From: Eledone cirrhosa
Lineage: Eukaryota
Reading direction: 5' to 3'
Assembly (NCBI GenBank): GCA_964016885.1
Contig: OZ024740.1
Location: 175,646,001-175,710,000, forward strand
Length of the DNA: 64,000 nt
The notes under the pieces were generated by a model, which saw only the letters and a program-made list of their open reading frames with translations, ran no database searches and was not told the origin of the DNA. Shown piece after piece: positions 11,645 through 26,842 of the stretch. The first letter of the stretch is position 1, and every line of letters begins with the position of its first letter. A program made the translations under genes and the position numbers.

Positions 11645-13055
11645 TGTACCTAAGATACTGTATTGTTTTAGAGGCTTCGATACGGGATGGGAAAATGTTT
11701 AGAGGTCTTGACGCAGTCTAAATGTTTCCAACACGGCCAGGTAGTGACATGAAACCGGGCAATGGATAATACATACCATCAAATAGTAAAAGTAGATTAT
11801 ATATCTGTAATGAAAGCATAAATATACTGGTAAATCATTACCCCCTTACAAATTAGTTGAAGAGTTTTAATGATTTCTAAAGACCAGTCTCCTTCATTCG
11901 TTAACTACATATATCACATCGTGTTTATCCAAAATATATAACATGCAGCCTTACATGTAACAACATTCCAGTCTTTGAAATGTATATCGTATAAGCAATA
12001 AAATGATATATATCTTTTGACATAAATCTATATAGTTAAATCTATAGGGGAAAAATCAGTTAATGTAAGTCATACAACTTGCAAATATATTTACACATAT
12101 ATTCAGAAAAAAGTTACCAAAATTACGAAGCATAGTATTATAATTACCCCAGAGTAGTTATTTTATCGGCAAAATTATTGATCTACTTCGAAAATATGAA
12201 ATTAGGACTTCATACATTACGTGTATGGTACTTATCTTTTATTCATAGAATGTTATTTTTCTTTTTACAATAATATAGATTTAACATTTATTTTCCACAC
12301 TAGTAGGTAGCAAGTTTTTTTTTTCACAAATTTATATAAATGTATTACAGGTTAACGCTTATATGTTAACGCTTATATGCAGTAGAAAATAGAGTATATT
12401 TCTCTTTTTTCTGTTTGTTTGTTTTTAGCTACACAAACCGGGAAGCGTATACGTTGTTGACAGTCCATTTTCTTAAATTCATGCCCAGTCTCTATTTGCA
12501 TAACAGATGACTGAATATTTTGATAGAAGACACAGAAGAGTATAGAATATGTGATGAAACATCTTTGTCACTCAAATAACCATACGGTTACTAAAACCAA
12601 AGTCAAATGCATTAGTTATCTCATTAAATATAAAACTGAAGTGAAGCAGTAATTAATATTGACAGCATGACCCTCACAATGTATAACAATATCTACTTCA
12701 ACAAACTAGAATTTCGCCAAACAAATACAAAAATAAAATATTACAGATATGTAATTAAGAATTAGAAACTATGTAACATTGAAAAAATTATTATTTCAAT
12801 TATATTGAATATAATATAAAAACAAACAATCATGACACAAAATATTACTATAAAACGAGATAGAATGCAAAAGTGTGTGATGGATTTTATCCTTATGTTT
12901 ACTTCCTTATTTTTAATGTCTGCTACTCTGGGTATTTTGTCGTCTTTTCAGGAGTGATTTTCAACACCACTACTAGCGCGAAACTCGGAAAGTTCGTTAC
13001 GTTGAATTTCTATATTCGAAGTAGATGAATGAGAGAGAGAGAGAGATAGAGAGAT

Positions 13056-13132
<77 letters not shown>

Positions 13133-13263
13133 ACACAGCCTTCTCAAACATATCCTTGTAGTCCCATTTTTGAAAGCAAAGAAATTCACACGCGCATAGA
13201 CATCTCTTCAACACAATTGAAGTGTGTGTGAGTGTGTGGCTGTGTATTTGTGTTTGTGTGTGT

Positions 13264-13328
<65 letters not shown>

Positions 13329-13522
13329 AGAGAGTGAGAGAGAGCGAGAGGGAGGGGAAGGGGAAAAGTTTGTATGTGTGCGTATGAGCGAAAATAGAGT
13401 TGTGTCCAAGAGTTGTATGCAGTTGCTGTTTGGTGACATAATGAGTTTTGAGATGTGCGAAATGTGCCAATATATACGTTTAGTGGATGTGTAGTGAAGT
13501 GTAAAAATTAAATATATATACA

Positions 13523-14116
13523 CTAGCAGTGGTTCCCGGCGTTGCACGGGATAAGGTATTGTGAAATATATAACCGCCTTAGCTATGCTTAGTAATGCCA
13601 CAACCACGGCTGGCAAAGAAGTAAGGGTCTGGTGGTACGTAAGTAAGCAGCACTGGCTTAAAACGCGAGGAAGAAGTTGTGTGCACTTACCAACTGTTTG
13701 GGGAATGAGTGTGAGATTTGTTTTGAGCAAGGGTGGCTGAATAACCGGAGGCAGCAGACAGCCAGGCATACAGACAGATATTATAAGAGCGCGTTCTGGA
13801 CGTAGAGCGAATTGTAGGAAGTGACGTAATGCAGACAGCCAGACATACAGACAGATATTATAAGGGTGCGACGTTATATCTATGTATGTATCTAAAAAAG
13901 AGAAAGATTAAGAATTATAGAGTGAGATCACTAAATCGCTTACTGCGGTCCCTAGGGCAGGGCATTGAACATTTGAAATCTTCTTTGCTCAGAACACTCC
14001 CTGAAATATAAGTATTACATGTGTCAAGTTTGAAAACAGTCGGTTGGGTGGTTCACTGGTTTTAGGGATTCAAACTCACACACACACACAGACATCCTCA
14101 GTTTTATATATATAGA
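13523..14116 (-). mobile_element. Non-autonomous Helitron
   Basis: On the minus strand it starts A|TC and ends with the hairpin cccgtgcaacgccggg followed ~8 nt later by CTAG|T. Confidence 0.75.
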
Positions 14117-14471
14117 TAACGTACGCATTGTGTTCTCTATCTTACTTTATCATAGGTCCTGCACTAACTACTATGTCTGGTTATCCTCCCTAAAACCTAG
14201 GCCTTCAAAAACCCTCTCTTTCCAAGCTTTTCGGGCAGTTATCAACTTGCTACTATTGAAGAAGAACATTAACAGCTTCACTCTTATCGGCCTGCAAAGG
14301 AGATTGTCACAGCCCTTGCTTCACGACCAAACCACGAGGAACAAACTATAAATTAATTCCTATTCGATTTATAAAGGATAAGGAATATAGCATGAACAGC
14401 ATTTTATCAACGTTTCTGTAATTTGTTCCCCAAGATTGTTCCGTATCTATGTTTTACTATATTATTTAAAG

Positions 14472-14828
14472 CAGAGCTTCTCAAATTGGGCACTAACGCA
14501 CCCAGTGGGTGTTGAGAAGAACCAGGGGGCGCTGGAGCATAACGGGTGGTGGTAATGATATAATAGTATATTATATTTACAAATTGAATATCAAATAGTA
14601 TATTGAATATCAAATGATACATATTATGATTAAATATAGTAAAATAAAAAATACATAATATTGATTTATACATAGTATATAATATATTATTTATCATATA
14701 TAAATTAACGATTTTATTTATTATATATTACTTACAATTTGCGTGCTCATTGGAAATAGGATTGGGGGCGTTGAGGGTATTACATGGCCGTGAGAGTGGC
14801 GGTGGCCCAAAATGTTTGAGAATCTCTG
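14472..14828. mobile_element. hAT (Charlie-like) MITE
   Basis: TIRs cagagcttctcaaa / tttgagaatctctg with an exact 8-bp TSD, atttaaag, on both sides. Confidence 0.88.
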
Positions 14829-15574
14829 ATTTAAAGTATGCGTTACACGGTAGAAAAAAGTTCACTGACGTTAAATTGATTGTAGCTAACAAATAACTAA
14901 CAATGTTCCAGGTATGCCTTGCTGCAGTAAACAATTTCTGCTGATGGAGTGTCCTTATATAAAGTTTTTGTTGTTGTTGTTTAGTTCTAGTTCATGATGA
15001 AATAAACCTTTAACGAACGGTCATCTATCTGTGACACTTCCAGTTATTTCATGTATATGATACTTCATTGTCCACCGTGTCCTTTATACAAGATTGTCGA
15101 GAGTAATTGAGGGAGATTTGGTTACAGCTTCTATCTGTGTAGAGGCTGCCTCGCTGGCTCTTATTTTATTTTTATTTTTTTTTGTTTACTGGAGAGGTGT
15201 GAATCATTTGGCTTATCATTCGGTTCTTTTATTCGTTGGTTTAAATCAGATATATATCCCACGAGCCCAGTGTTCCTCAATTGTGGCTATAACAGCTGGT
15301 AACTGTGGTGACAGCAGTAATGCAGCGATTAGAAAGTTTTTCAATTGTTTTTTATGTATTAGATATCTTGCTTAGATATAAGGAATCCACCACCTCCGAC
15401 GGTGGCATTTGCTTCATTTCTTCCAGCAAGAAGTTGTAATGAGTTGATAATTAAGATGCTTTTTGCGATACTTGATTTCATCATCCGGGTTATAAATGTA
15501 TGGGGCATGTGGCTAACTGGTGCTAGGACATCAAAATATGTAGAGCCCTGTCCTAGAATGCATTTCATATGCTG

Positions 15575-15955
15575 GATAAAATTTGGAAATCCAATATACC
15601 AAACTTAAAATCAGCTTATTGAGAAAAATAGTAGAGTATATCCTTGCACGCCCGTCTACAGAGCCTTTTAGATAGATGTTACTCTACCTTTCTAAAAAGA
15701 ATGTAAAAATATTCCTAAGCAAACCCATCCCACGCTTAATCATATACGGAAAAATCCCAGAAGTAAGTGCATGACTGATTGAACATCGTACAACGTTTGC
15801 TGGTTACTATTTCTATGCAAAAGATGAGATGGTTTCAACCCTCTTGCTGTGGGAGATCTCCTCACCAGAAATCTCAGATACCATTACAAGAGCAACTGGA
15901 ATTAACAAGGAAGACCTAGAAACCTTGATGGGAAACAGAGACTGTTGGCGTGAAG
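15575..15955 (+). mobile_element. Decayed 3' end of RTE-type LINE
   Basis: WKSNIP..LKISLLRKIVE, IYGKIPEVS...RTTFAGY...STLLLWE and TGINKEDLETLMGNRDCWR resemble RTE C-termini. Confidence 0.65.
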
Positions 15956-17153
15956 GTATGTTTGCTGCCTCGCCCAAGTGCGATGGATAAGATATATAAA
16001 CAGATTAAGCTTACATTAAAGTGAATACCTCGCCATAAACCTATGTGCTATTATTGTGCATATCTTAATTTATAGGTAGGCCGTTAGATTCTAGGAAAGC
16101 TCAGAAATGCTTTGTTTCTGGCATGTACATGACTTTACACAAATAACTTAGACTATAATAAAACCTCTGTGAACTTTAGCAACATATTACAAAGTATTTA
16201 AATTAATTTTAGGTTTAGAGTGTATTTAATTCAATTATTCAATTTCAAACGGCGTTGCTTCAAATTGTATGATGTTAGTTATGTTTTTCATATATTATGG
16301 TATAAACTTTCACTTGATTAATTTATGCTTGGGGAAATGTTTGAGATCATTGCTATTATAAGGCTTCAGTCAATTCATCTTCCTTGTATATCCTCTATTG
16401 ATCAACGGAAATTCAAAAACAATCCTTTCTTAGATCTGCTAAATGCAACGCATTTGTAAAGATAGGTAACGTTGTTTTGTTGTTGTTGTTTAGACCCGGT
16501 TCAACTCAGATCAAGTACACCCTTGAACGTGTTAGGCTCTGCTAAATGCACCCAAGGAACAGGTGGTAGTCGTGGTGTTATACAGGGCGAGGGATTAGAT
16601 ATGCAACTCAAGAACGTTTTACAGTTTATCCTACTGGCTTTCCAAGAGTTTTCATTTACTCAAATTTCGCTTAAAAGTTATAGTTCGCCCAAACTTACTA
16701 TTGTCCAATGTGCTACGCAATACTATTGAACAGGGAACCGGGTGAATGCAAAGCAAACTTCTTAATCGTGCTGTTATGGAATTATAAACCAGAAAAATAT
16801 TTTAGTGAAAAATTATAAACAGAATTTTAAACGAAATATAGGAAGTGATGGCAAAGATGTTGAAAGGCTGTGTGAAATATGTTCATGTATTATATTGGAC
16901 ACGGGAACTTGAACAATTGTCAGTTCCAAGCGAATGTAAGAGAATGTTTACAATGTCTGACATTTTTGGTCAACATCCGTATAGTTGTTTTTATTGATGT
17001 GTATTGGTCTGCAGTAACATGTTATTAGAAGCAGCACACATACACACACGAATAGATACTCACACCTATATACACATATATAACGAATACATACACACAC
17101 GCACACACAAACACGCACACAAATAAAGATTTATGGTGAAGAGAATATGTATA

Positions 17154-17185
<32 letters not shown>

Positions 17186-17295
17186 CACATCATATACATA
17201 TATATATATTCTCTTCACTATCAATCTTTATTTGTCTTGCAGTTAATATGTATCCGACCATCTGTTCTCTTCATCCTGACTTTGTTTATGTGTGT

Positions 17296-17399
<104 letters not shown>

Positions 17400-19038
17400 G
17401 TGCGTGTGAGTAGGTATGTGCGTGTGTTCATATATATACATACATACATAATACATACGTAGATACATACACACACACATACATATATTCATACATACAC
17501 ATACATATTTTTCTCCGAACCACAGAGAAGGATCGATTTTGTCGTAGCCAAAAATATTAAAATAAATAAACAAATAAAGAAGAAAATCAATACTGATTTT
17601 CCTGCAGGATATCAAATATTTTATATCTGTTGGAAACTACAAGGAAGGCAACACAGAATAAGAAAATAAAGAAATATATAAAGAAAAAAAAACAACAACA
17701 AATAAACAAATGCAAACAACAATATAATAATCTCCCTCCCCTCCGTGGAAACAAAACAATATAAAAATAACAAAAATAACAAAAATAACAAAAATAAAAT
17801 CCGAAATAATTTTAGAAATAAATATATAAGTAAAAATATATAAATAGACAACAGCGACAACAAATAACCAAATAAGTGCCGGCATTGCTTTTCTTGAAAA
17901 ATTGAAAAATGAAAGTAAGAATCCGAACGGATAGTTTAGAAATAAACATCGATTTATCAAAATATAAGAGTTTCGTGTTTTTAAGTACGATTAACATTAG
18001 CTCTTGTACTCAGAGAATAAAAGGCCATACATAGAATTGTGAATTTAGCATTAAAAAATAGAAGGAAAAGAATACATAAGGAAAAACTAAGCGTTTGGTA
18101 GACAAAGCACGGTGAATGTAAGTGATCAATGCGTCTCTTTGTATGTTATGTATGTATGTTATGTGTGTTTATATGTATGTTATGTGTACATGTATGTTAT
18201 TTTATGTGTATATGTATGTTTGTATGTGTTTATGTATGTTTGTATGTGCGTATGTATGAATGCATGTATGTATGTAAGTATGTATGTACGTATGTATGTA
18301 TGTATATATGTATGTATTATGTATCTATGTATGTAAGTATGTATGTGAGTATGTGTGCGTGTATGTGTGTATGTATGCGTGTATGTATGAACGTGTGTGT
18401 GTATGTATGAATGTATGAATGCATGTAAGTATGTATCTACGTACGTACGTATGTATGTACGTACGCATGTATGTGTGTATTATGTATGTATGTATGAATG
18501 CATGCATGTATATATGCCTATATGTATGTGTATAAATGTGTCTATGTACGTTGTATGTAAGTGTTTATGCATGTGTCTATGTACATGTGTATGTATATGT
18601 TTCCTCCTTTGTATGTATGTATGTATGTATGTATGTATGTATGTATGTATGTATGTATGTATGTATGTATGTATGTATGTATGTATGCATGTATGTATGT
18701 ATGTATGTATGTATGCATGTATGTATGTATATATGTATATATGCTTGAATACGTTTCTCTACATTTGTATATTTACGTGTGTACCTGAATCGAATCGCTT
18801 GAAATGGTAAGCCAGAGAAAGAAAAACATCTTTGTGACAAAATAAAGTTGAAACACACATAATCACACACCAAAAAGTCACGTGTGTGAGTTTTGTGTAT
18901 AACAGGAAGAGGAAAGAGAAGTGATAGTGTAGATGCTCTCATTACACTGACTTCACACATTCGTAAACAGCTTTGTTTGAAGTACAACTTTATCTATCTC
19001 CTTGCCATACATATATTATATATTACACACACGCACAC

Positions 19039-19137
<99 letters not shown>

Positions 19138-19149
19138 AATACATATATT

Positions 19150-19240
19150 TATATAGTCACACATCTATCCCTAGAACATAAATAGCACCAAGTTGTTAAC
19201 CACCACACGCGCACACACAAACATACACACACACACATAA

Positions 19241-19312
<72 letters not shown>

Positions 19313-19313
19313 G

Positions 19314-19400
<87 letters not shown>

Positions 19401-19451
19401 ATACATCTATCCCTAGAACATAAATAGCACAACTTGTTTAACCACCACACG
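19150..19451. repeat. Direct duplication of a ~58-bp unique segment around microsatellites
   Basis: atagtcacacatctatccctagaacataaatagcac...aaccaccacacg at ~19153 and ~19395. Confidence 0.8.
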
Positions 19452-19854
19452 GTTGAAATGGAATATTCCTGTACCAGGAGTATGAAATCCCGCCTCTCAA
19501 ATAAACACCGGAGTTCGCAAACCTATTGATGGTCATGTAAAAAGCCAGACACAGGCCCGTTGGATCATTAGAGTAACATTCCAGTCATTAAATACATGGC
19601 TGAAATCACATCCTCAAATCAACACCATCAGAAAGAAACCTGGACATACGTGGTTATATTGGAATGTTGATTTATAAACTGTTTCCTAAATCATGGAAAA
19701 TACTGAAATATTCCAGACCCTGTATAAATGGATAAAATAATCTGCTATCTATGCACGGACGAACGTTGGTGTATCCTCAAAATCCTTTCCACTAACAAAA
19801 GATCCATAAATAATCGCCTGGTTTTTTTAATCGTTATCCTCATGCTTCGAAGAA

Positions 19855-19940
<86 letters not shown>

Positions 19941-20149
19941 CCCCTCACACATATATATATATAGTTGTTATATAGTAAGGTGCATTATTGGTTGTGTAAA
20001 ATGGTCCAATAACTTTATGTTAGCAATATTAAGTTCTCCACGCTTTTGTATATCTCCAATTCCATTCAAGGGAACAGCTAGATGATGTAAAACGGAGTAT
20101 AAGTGTCAAAATGAAAATCCGAAGGCAAGGTAAAATTCCAATCATTTAA

Positions 20150-20223
20150 TCACGACAAATGTTTCAATAAGAGATAGATCGATTGTGAAGCCATGATCGA
20201 TTATCACTGATCTCATCAGGTGA
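20150..20223 (-). ncRNA. Type I hammerhead ribozyme in the 3' pLTR
   Basis: tcac-CTGATGA-long stem II-GAAA-cattt-GTC-gtga on the minus strand. Confidence 0.85.
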
Positions 20224-21677
20224 AAATGAATTGTCTTCAAATTCTTGATATGAGGGAGAAAAATAACAATGTTCTCTCACAGAATTCATTCCCTCATATG
20301 AAGACACACCGGTCAGAGACACGGCGACTGCTATTAACTTCAGTTGAGGTCATAAAAGTTTTCAGATTTCTATCGCTGCAAAAGACGCTGGATATCAATC
20401 AAATCTGTAGGGATACACTCAGTTACAGTTAATGTGAGTGGGTACACACACATTCCACACCCACATACACCGGCTCAAGGTCAAAGAAAAATATATACAC
20501 ACATCAACACAGTATTAAACCCGTAGAATTAGTGTGGGTGGGTACACACACACTCTCACACACACCCAAGCGATGTCCGAGAAAAAACAAATATAAGGAA
20601 ACAAATATAAGAATGTACTAACACAGCACTCACCGAAAATTAGTTTACAAAACAACAGAAGCTATATTGGTCAAATCTCAATTTGACGATGTAAATTGGA
20701 AATATTGGGTTAACCAACGCCCCCCCCCCCCCCCACACACAAGCAAGTAAGTTCAGTTCAGTGTTCTGCTATACGTGTATAGATTGAATTGTAATATCCA
20801 TATCTTCAAGTGTATGTTATGGTATATACACATCCGAATCGTCCCAAAAAGGGTATGTCCGGGTATATACACATCCATGTGAAGAGTAAGCAATCAGCTC
20901 ATATCGAACTCAGTATGTACCGCTGTTCCATTGAGAATCCGAGTCACCAAATCCGTGTGTGCAAGCAACCGCAATGTAGGCCAGCAAAGGGCTCCGTGTA
21001 GGGTTGGGTATTGGGTAAATGCGTCCGTAAGTGCGATTTCCCGTCATATGGGATAATGAGCTTTTAAGATAGTTGTTTGAGTGGTGGAGGTGTGTTATCC
21101 AACACAGAAGGTGAAGTAAAAAAACACAGGATAGTAAAATCCAAAGGATGTGTGTAGGCCCATTAATGGTGTGTCAGTATTATTGTTCAATCCGTAACAG
21201 TGAGTCCTCGATGGTTAGATGATCACGGATTAAAACCTAGTGTAGTGTTCAGTCGGTATGAACATGACAGTCCTAATTGTGGGAGCTCAATGTCTAAAGG
21301 AAACGGGTACTGTGTGTAGAGTTATGTATAGAGAGCGTAATCGGTCCTAACTAAGTGTGTAATACGACTAGCTATATCCCAACTGAGAGAACTCAATGGT
21401 TAGGGTATCTTAAAGTAAAGGTAGGTGCGCGCAATCGGTCATGTCTGAGTGTGTAATCAATTACTAACTAGGTATACTAAGTGTGTAATCAATCCAACTA
21501 TTTACTAGCTAGGTATTCTAAAAAAGTGCACTCAGCTGTGAGAACTCCGTGGAAACAGGCCGAGTATCGTTTGTAAGTGTGCAAACAATCTTAGCTGTCT
21601 AACTACCTGAGTGTGTGACTGTCTGTTTATTGAGGGAACTCTATGGCTAAAGTAGAGAGGGAGGAGTTATTGGTAGG

Positions 21678-24427
21678 TTACCTTCCAAAAATCCCGCGGA
21701 AGGTTTTCGAGGTTCTATGTTGGCAGTTGCTGAAAAAATCTGCTCTCCTATTAATTAATAGGGGCCGCCTCTAATAATATTAAAAGTTTCAGCTATACAT
21801 AAATTGCAGACGCCAGTGCTGTCGTTATAAGGTTGGGCTGAGCAAACTATGGACCAGGATAAGGAGTGCTCTATATTCTGATGTTTAAGCTTCCAGACTA
21901 ATTCGGAAAGTGCTGTGCTATTTTTTTAAATCTAATCTATTAAAGGTATGGCGGTGATTATACCATCTCTCCTTAAATTCCGTGCCAGTTGCCCCAACAT
22001 ACCTAAAGGTTCTATCAGTAGTGGAAACCTTACAGTCGTAGACTATGTTTTTGGTAAGACATTTCTCATCCAATGGGCAAGTGGCCGTGCTTCTGCAGTT
22101 ACATTTTTTGCTATCGACCTGGGTAATTCCAGATGGACCACGGTACCTTTGGGTCGGGTCTCAATTCCTGTCTGCTCTATGGCTAAATTCCCTCGGGTTG
22201 GAGAGACCCGACTCGCCTCACGTGTATGAGTCAGTTCCTCAATAGAGCTGCCATTGTTCCTGCCATGCCTAATTCCCTCATTGGCTGTCCTAAGTCTACT
22301 ATAATTCATCTTAGCTATATTCTGAGCTATGTTACTAGTTGTGGAGTAGGACAGCTTGATGGTTTTTGTATTGAATATTTTATAATATCTGTGCGATCTA
22401 GGGAAGCATTTGTCTTAGGCCCTAAAGAAAAGCTTAGCTATACTAGTGGTCAGGCCAGTGGAGTAAGGGGAATTATACCACAGGACTTTTCTGGTCCGAT
22501 GCCTCTTGTTCTTACTAACTATATTAGAATTACCTGTCTCCCTAGTAGTAACTGGAAATTGCCTGTGGGTCGATGGTGTCCTGGGGTGTCACGATTGTGT
22601 TCGGAATCGTCCCAAGTCTCCAGGGCGGTGGACCCCCCTTGCAGCCATTGGGACCACCCTCGATAGCTGGGGTTTTATCCACTATGCGTTTGCTACACCT
22701 GTCTCTATTCCCCCTACTCGACCCTCGTTCCATACTGCGTTCAACGGTAGTTTTATCGGTTCCACAATTAAGGTTACCATTAGAGTTCCCCTGTTGTTAC
22801 GTTGCTCATATCCCGTGTTAGTACCTGGGTGGTTGTTTCTATTGGTACCAACAGCATTGCGACTAGGCGGCAATACAACATGAAGTCTATATAAATCCTC
22901 CCTCGTATCACGCCTGCTGTTAACTAGAGTGTCACTATTTAGGCCTAAGCTATCGCACGCAATGTTGCTTCTACTATTTAATGGACGTTTGAATGAGATT
23001 CCCTCGCTATGCCCCGCGCGTTCCAGGGCGCTATTATAGTAATTCGAGATCTTATTAAAGGTATCTTCATTGGAAGATAGTCCTGAAATTCTACTAGAGA
23101 CGTTTTTTAGTAATACCGTTAGTGACTATTCTAGGGTGGTTCGATTTTGAGTTGACATAGTTTAGATTCCCGTTGGGTTTGTGGTAGGGTTGGAAGAGTA
23201 CTGAATTGAGGTTAAGTGTAACATCTAGAAAATTAACTATCTTTAAGTTCTCTTCATATACTATACTTAGGTCTATGTTCTTGAAGAATTTGCTAAGTTT
23301 TTTCCTCACCCTCTCTGCCATACTATTATTATGGAACGACACAGTAAACAAAACGTCGTCACGGTAAGCGCCGCCTCCCAAGTGGGGCATTTCCACTCCG
23401 AGACAGTCAAGGAGGTAAAGGCCCACCAGATCCGTCACCTGGGCCGAGTCCGTGGATCCCATGGTGATGTCGAAATAGCCTGGCCAATCCTTCCTGGTCC
23501 ACAGGTCACCGTTGAATTCAATTAAGGTTTTCCTAGCTAGGAGAATAATGTTAATTTCTTCGGATGTAAGGTCGGTGTGCAAGCTAGCAAATTTAAGGGC
23601 CCTACCTAGAAGAGTTGGAGAGAGTGAAGAGTAGTAATTAGAGATATCGAACTGTATAATCTTAGTGCTATTCTTAATCTGCGATTTCTCAAACCAGTTA
23701 ATTACCTCACTAGTTCCTGACCACAATCTGTGCTTCGATCTCCTAACTAGAGTGGGGATTATTTTATCAAGGATGTTTTTACTTACGATTCCTATGTCCG
23801 ACTTCGAAGGGGCTATCAGCCTGACAGGTCTTGATGATTGAAAGTCCAATTTGTGGTCTTTCACCAAAATCCTCGGAGTTCTAGGATGGAAGGGTTCGGT
23901 TTTATCCTCAACACCCAGTTTAGTCATGACACTATTGGCCTCCGTGTTAATTAAATCCAAGTTGGCTCGTGTAGTTTTTCTGTAGCTTTTCCTAAGTTCT
24001 CTAGTTATCAAATCGTCATAAGTTACTCCATCCATATCGACAGGTTGTTAGTCTTGTCTGCGTGCACCAAAATGCCGGTCGAGTTCTTTAATTTTACTAG
24101 ATCACCATTCAGTCGTCTTAGGTAGCTTTTTCTCCTGAGTGGGTTTTTCCTAAACTTAAGGTTGGACAATATGTTAGACATTTCAGTCTCGAATTCTTCC
24201 AAGTATTTATTGTGTGGTGGATTTCTTCTGGATTTGAATATTTCCTCGATGCCACGCGTTCCCTCCCTGGGGTGGTTTGTTGGTGTTCCTCTGTCGAAGT
24301 GGAAGGCCTTCCAACGCATTCTACGGACAAAGGAATCCGATTTACCTATGACCAACCTTGTGAATTCCTTTATGTTGGGCAAAGGGATGTCCTTAAGTGA
24401 AGAGTTCACCGAGAATTTCTCCATCAT
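21678..24427 (-). pseudogene. PLE polyprotein (RT + GIY-YIG), several frameshifts and stops
   Basis: Motifs in order: SLKDIPLP...RRMRWKA, HADKTNN, KDHK, RLIAPSKSDIG, QFDISNYY, TMGSTDSA, YRDD, FLDVTLNL, WYNSPY, CNCR..CPL..C, IVY..RYVG, CNLC, CQH. Confidence 0.92.
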
Positions 24428-24894
24428 ATTCCTTGCTTAACAGCATTAAGTGCTCAACAAAATGAGGAGCTTTAAGTTGTTATATAGTAAGGTGCATTAT
24501 TGGTTGTGTAAAATGGTCCAATAACTTTATGTTAGCAATATTAAGTTCTCCACGCTTTTGTATATCTCCAATTCCATTCAAGGGAACAGCTAGATGATGT
24601 AAAACGGAGTATAAGTATCAAAATGAAAATCCGAAGGCAAGGTAAAATTTCAATCATTTAACACATGTTTCAATAAGAGATAGATCGAGTGTGAAGCCAT
24701 GATCGATTATCACTGATCTCATCAGGTGAAAATAAATTGTCTTCAAATTCCTGATATGAGTGAGAAAAATAACGATGTTCTCTCACAGAATTCATTCCCA
24801 CATTGCCAAAACAAACTCACTGTTTGGTTTAGGGCGGTTTTCGCTTCTGTATCTTTTATATCGCCATAATTAATTTATCTGGCAATCAATGTTT

Positions 24895-24990
24895 GATGAA
24901 ACAGTTCTAGTCCTGTAGAAGCCATTTCTCTCTGTATCTATATATATTGAGTATGTGTTGGTTGTTTACCGACACCTCAGTATACAGGTA
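24895..24990 (+). repeat. Fragment of HHR-bearing PLE 3'-end family (also at 37167-37348, 57157-57200 and 61025-61152)
   Basis: Shared tGAAAcagttctaGTCctgtagaa in all copies; tattgagta downstream in the three longer ones. Confidence 0.65.
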
Positions 24991-25094
24991 GGAGCACTAA
25001 ACGAAGTGCGCAGGATGGTTTGTTCACTCCGGAGTAATGTAAAATAATAAGTGTGAGTCAAACATGTTAAATTTGGCTTCGTTTATTCCAATTC

Positions 25095-25146
25095 AATATA
25101 TATTTCAGCGACAGCTATTATTGGCTATGACCTCATCAGACAGTAA
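25095..25146 (-). ncRNA. Partial hammerhead of the same family as 784-839
   Basis: actgt-CTGATGA-ggtcatagccaataatagctgtcgct-GAAA-tatata; the 3' strand of stem I is missing. Confidence 0.6.
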
Positions 25147-25931
25147 GAATTTAGGCAGAAAAACAGGAAACCATGATGTTGTAATGGTTCTACCCTTTTA
25201 ATTCATCGATATGTCCAGCTCCTGGGTGTGTTATTAGTCCCCAAAGCAACTGGAATCATATGGGCAAGAATAAACGGGGGTACATAGAAATAGTCGGGCT
25301 GGACACCCAATCACGCGGTTAAACCACTGGGAGTGAAGGACTCCTAGCCTTTGTCAGGGCATTCTTCTAGGAGAAGGCAACTCAGGAAACTGGGATAACT
25401 CCGATATAAAACCTGCGGCTCAGTAGTTACCGATGATGTTGATCTTTTCTTCTTTTCGGGTTATAGCTACTGTCGCTCAGAGAGTGGGATTGGCTCCGTG
25501 CACAGTCTTTCCTGGTTCAATGGCAAGTTACTTGTATCTCTGTGTGTATTAATTACATGTAGGGACACATACCTTTATTATTATTCTCCCCAATGGTAGA
25601 GAAACCTTTGGTCATTTGAACGGCTGTTATTTTTAGCAGCACGGGATTGACCTGTCCACCTTGCTTTGTCATTGCACACGGTCCATAAGGAAATTGTTTC
25701 ATCATTCATTCACTCTAATTCTGAGGCAGTTTTGTCTGGCGCCAGTTTGTAATTTGAACTCGGGAAACTTATATTCTTCGAGAGAGAAAAGCCACTTCAA
25801 TGGAAATCCGCTTGGATTATCTATTAGTTTGGGATCTGAAACCGCGGTAAGGGCACATATAGTAAGTACAGTGAATTTTTTGGAATTTAATTATTATTTT
25901 TAAAGATATTTTCTGTGTTTACACTCCCTTG

Positions 25932-26071
<140 letters not shown>

Positions 26072-26409
26072 ATTAAAATCATTTGTTGTCTATCTGGACT
26101 TTCTTTTGACTGCCCATCTCATGAGTGGAAGCGAAATGATTTCATTTGTGCACTTAAATACCAGACAAACATTTGTTTATGCAAGCTAAGTCATGTTTTT
26201 TGAAGAACTGAAAGAAGAAAAACGATTTTACTAGCATTATTGCGAGAGATCAATACCGCCGAGTGTTCTTTCATCATGGCATGGCAACACGACAATGTGC
26301 TAATTCTAAATAGCTAAATACCAACCAAATCACTTTCGAATCACCACCTACTTTTCTTAAAACAACGAATGATAAATAAATAGATAAATGTTTAGATTGA
26401 GATAGTGTG

Positions 26410-26463
<54 letters not shown>

Positions 26464-26842
26464 AAACCATTTGTTAAATTTCAGTGGGTATTATCTGTGT
26501 GTTACTTGTTTGATAAATCTTACGAGGCAGTCATATGTGGTTGTCATTTGGAGGGTGTTGTTTTGACTGCCATCTTTGTAATGTTTATCATTTCCTTGGG
26601 GATATACCTATAAATCTAGTGATTGTGCTCTGGAATGGCCAGCAAGCTATAGGAATCAGTAAACATCTTAGAGATTACGGATCTAGGTTGTGTACCTTAC
26701 ACATCTTTAGAAACTACATTGTCCAATAGATCCTTTCTCGGTTATCAATGTCTTCACGGTTGATTTTTAAGAAAGGGATGGGTGGCGTAATGCGCTGGTG
26801 TACAAGTAACATTCTTATATTGTGGACATAGAGCCGATGTTC

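Larger units (their letters stand above)
19962..24799 (-). mobile_element. Near full-length Naiad-type Penelope-like element with two ~325-bp direct pLTRs
   Basis: pLTRs at 19962-20291 and 24475-24799 are near-identical, with an RT+EN ORF between them. Confidence 0.92.
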
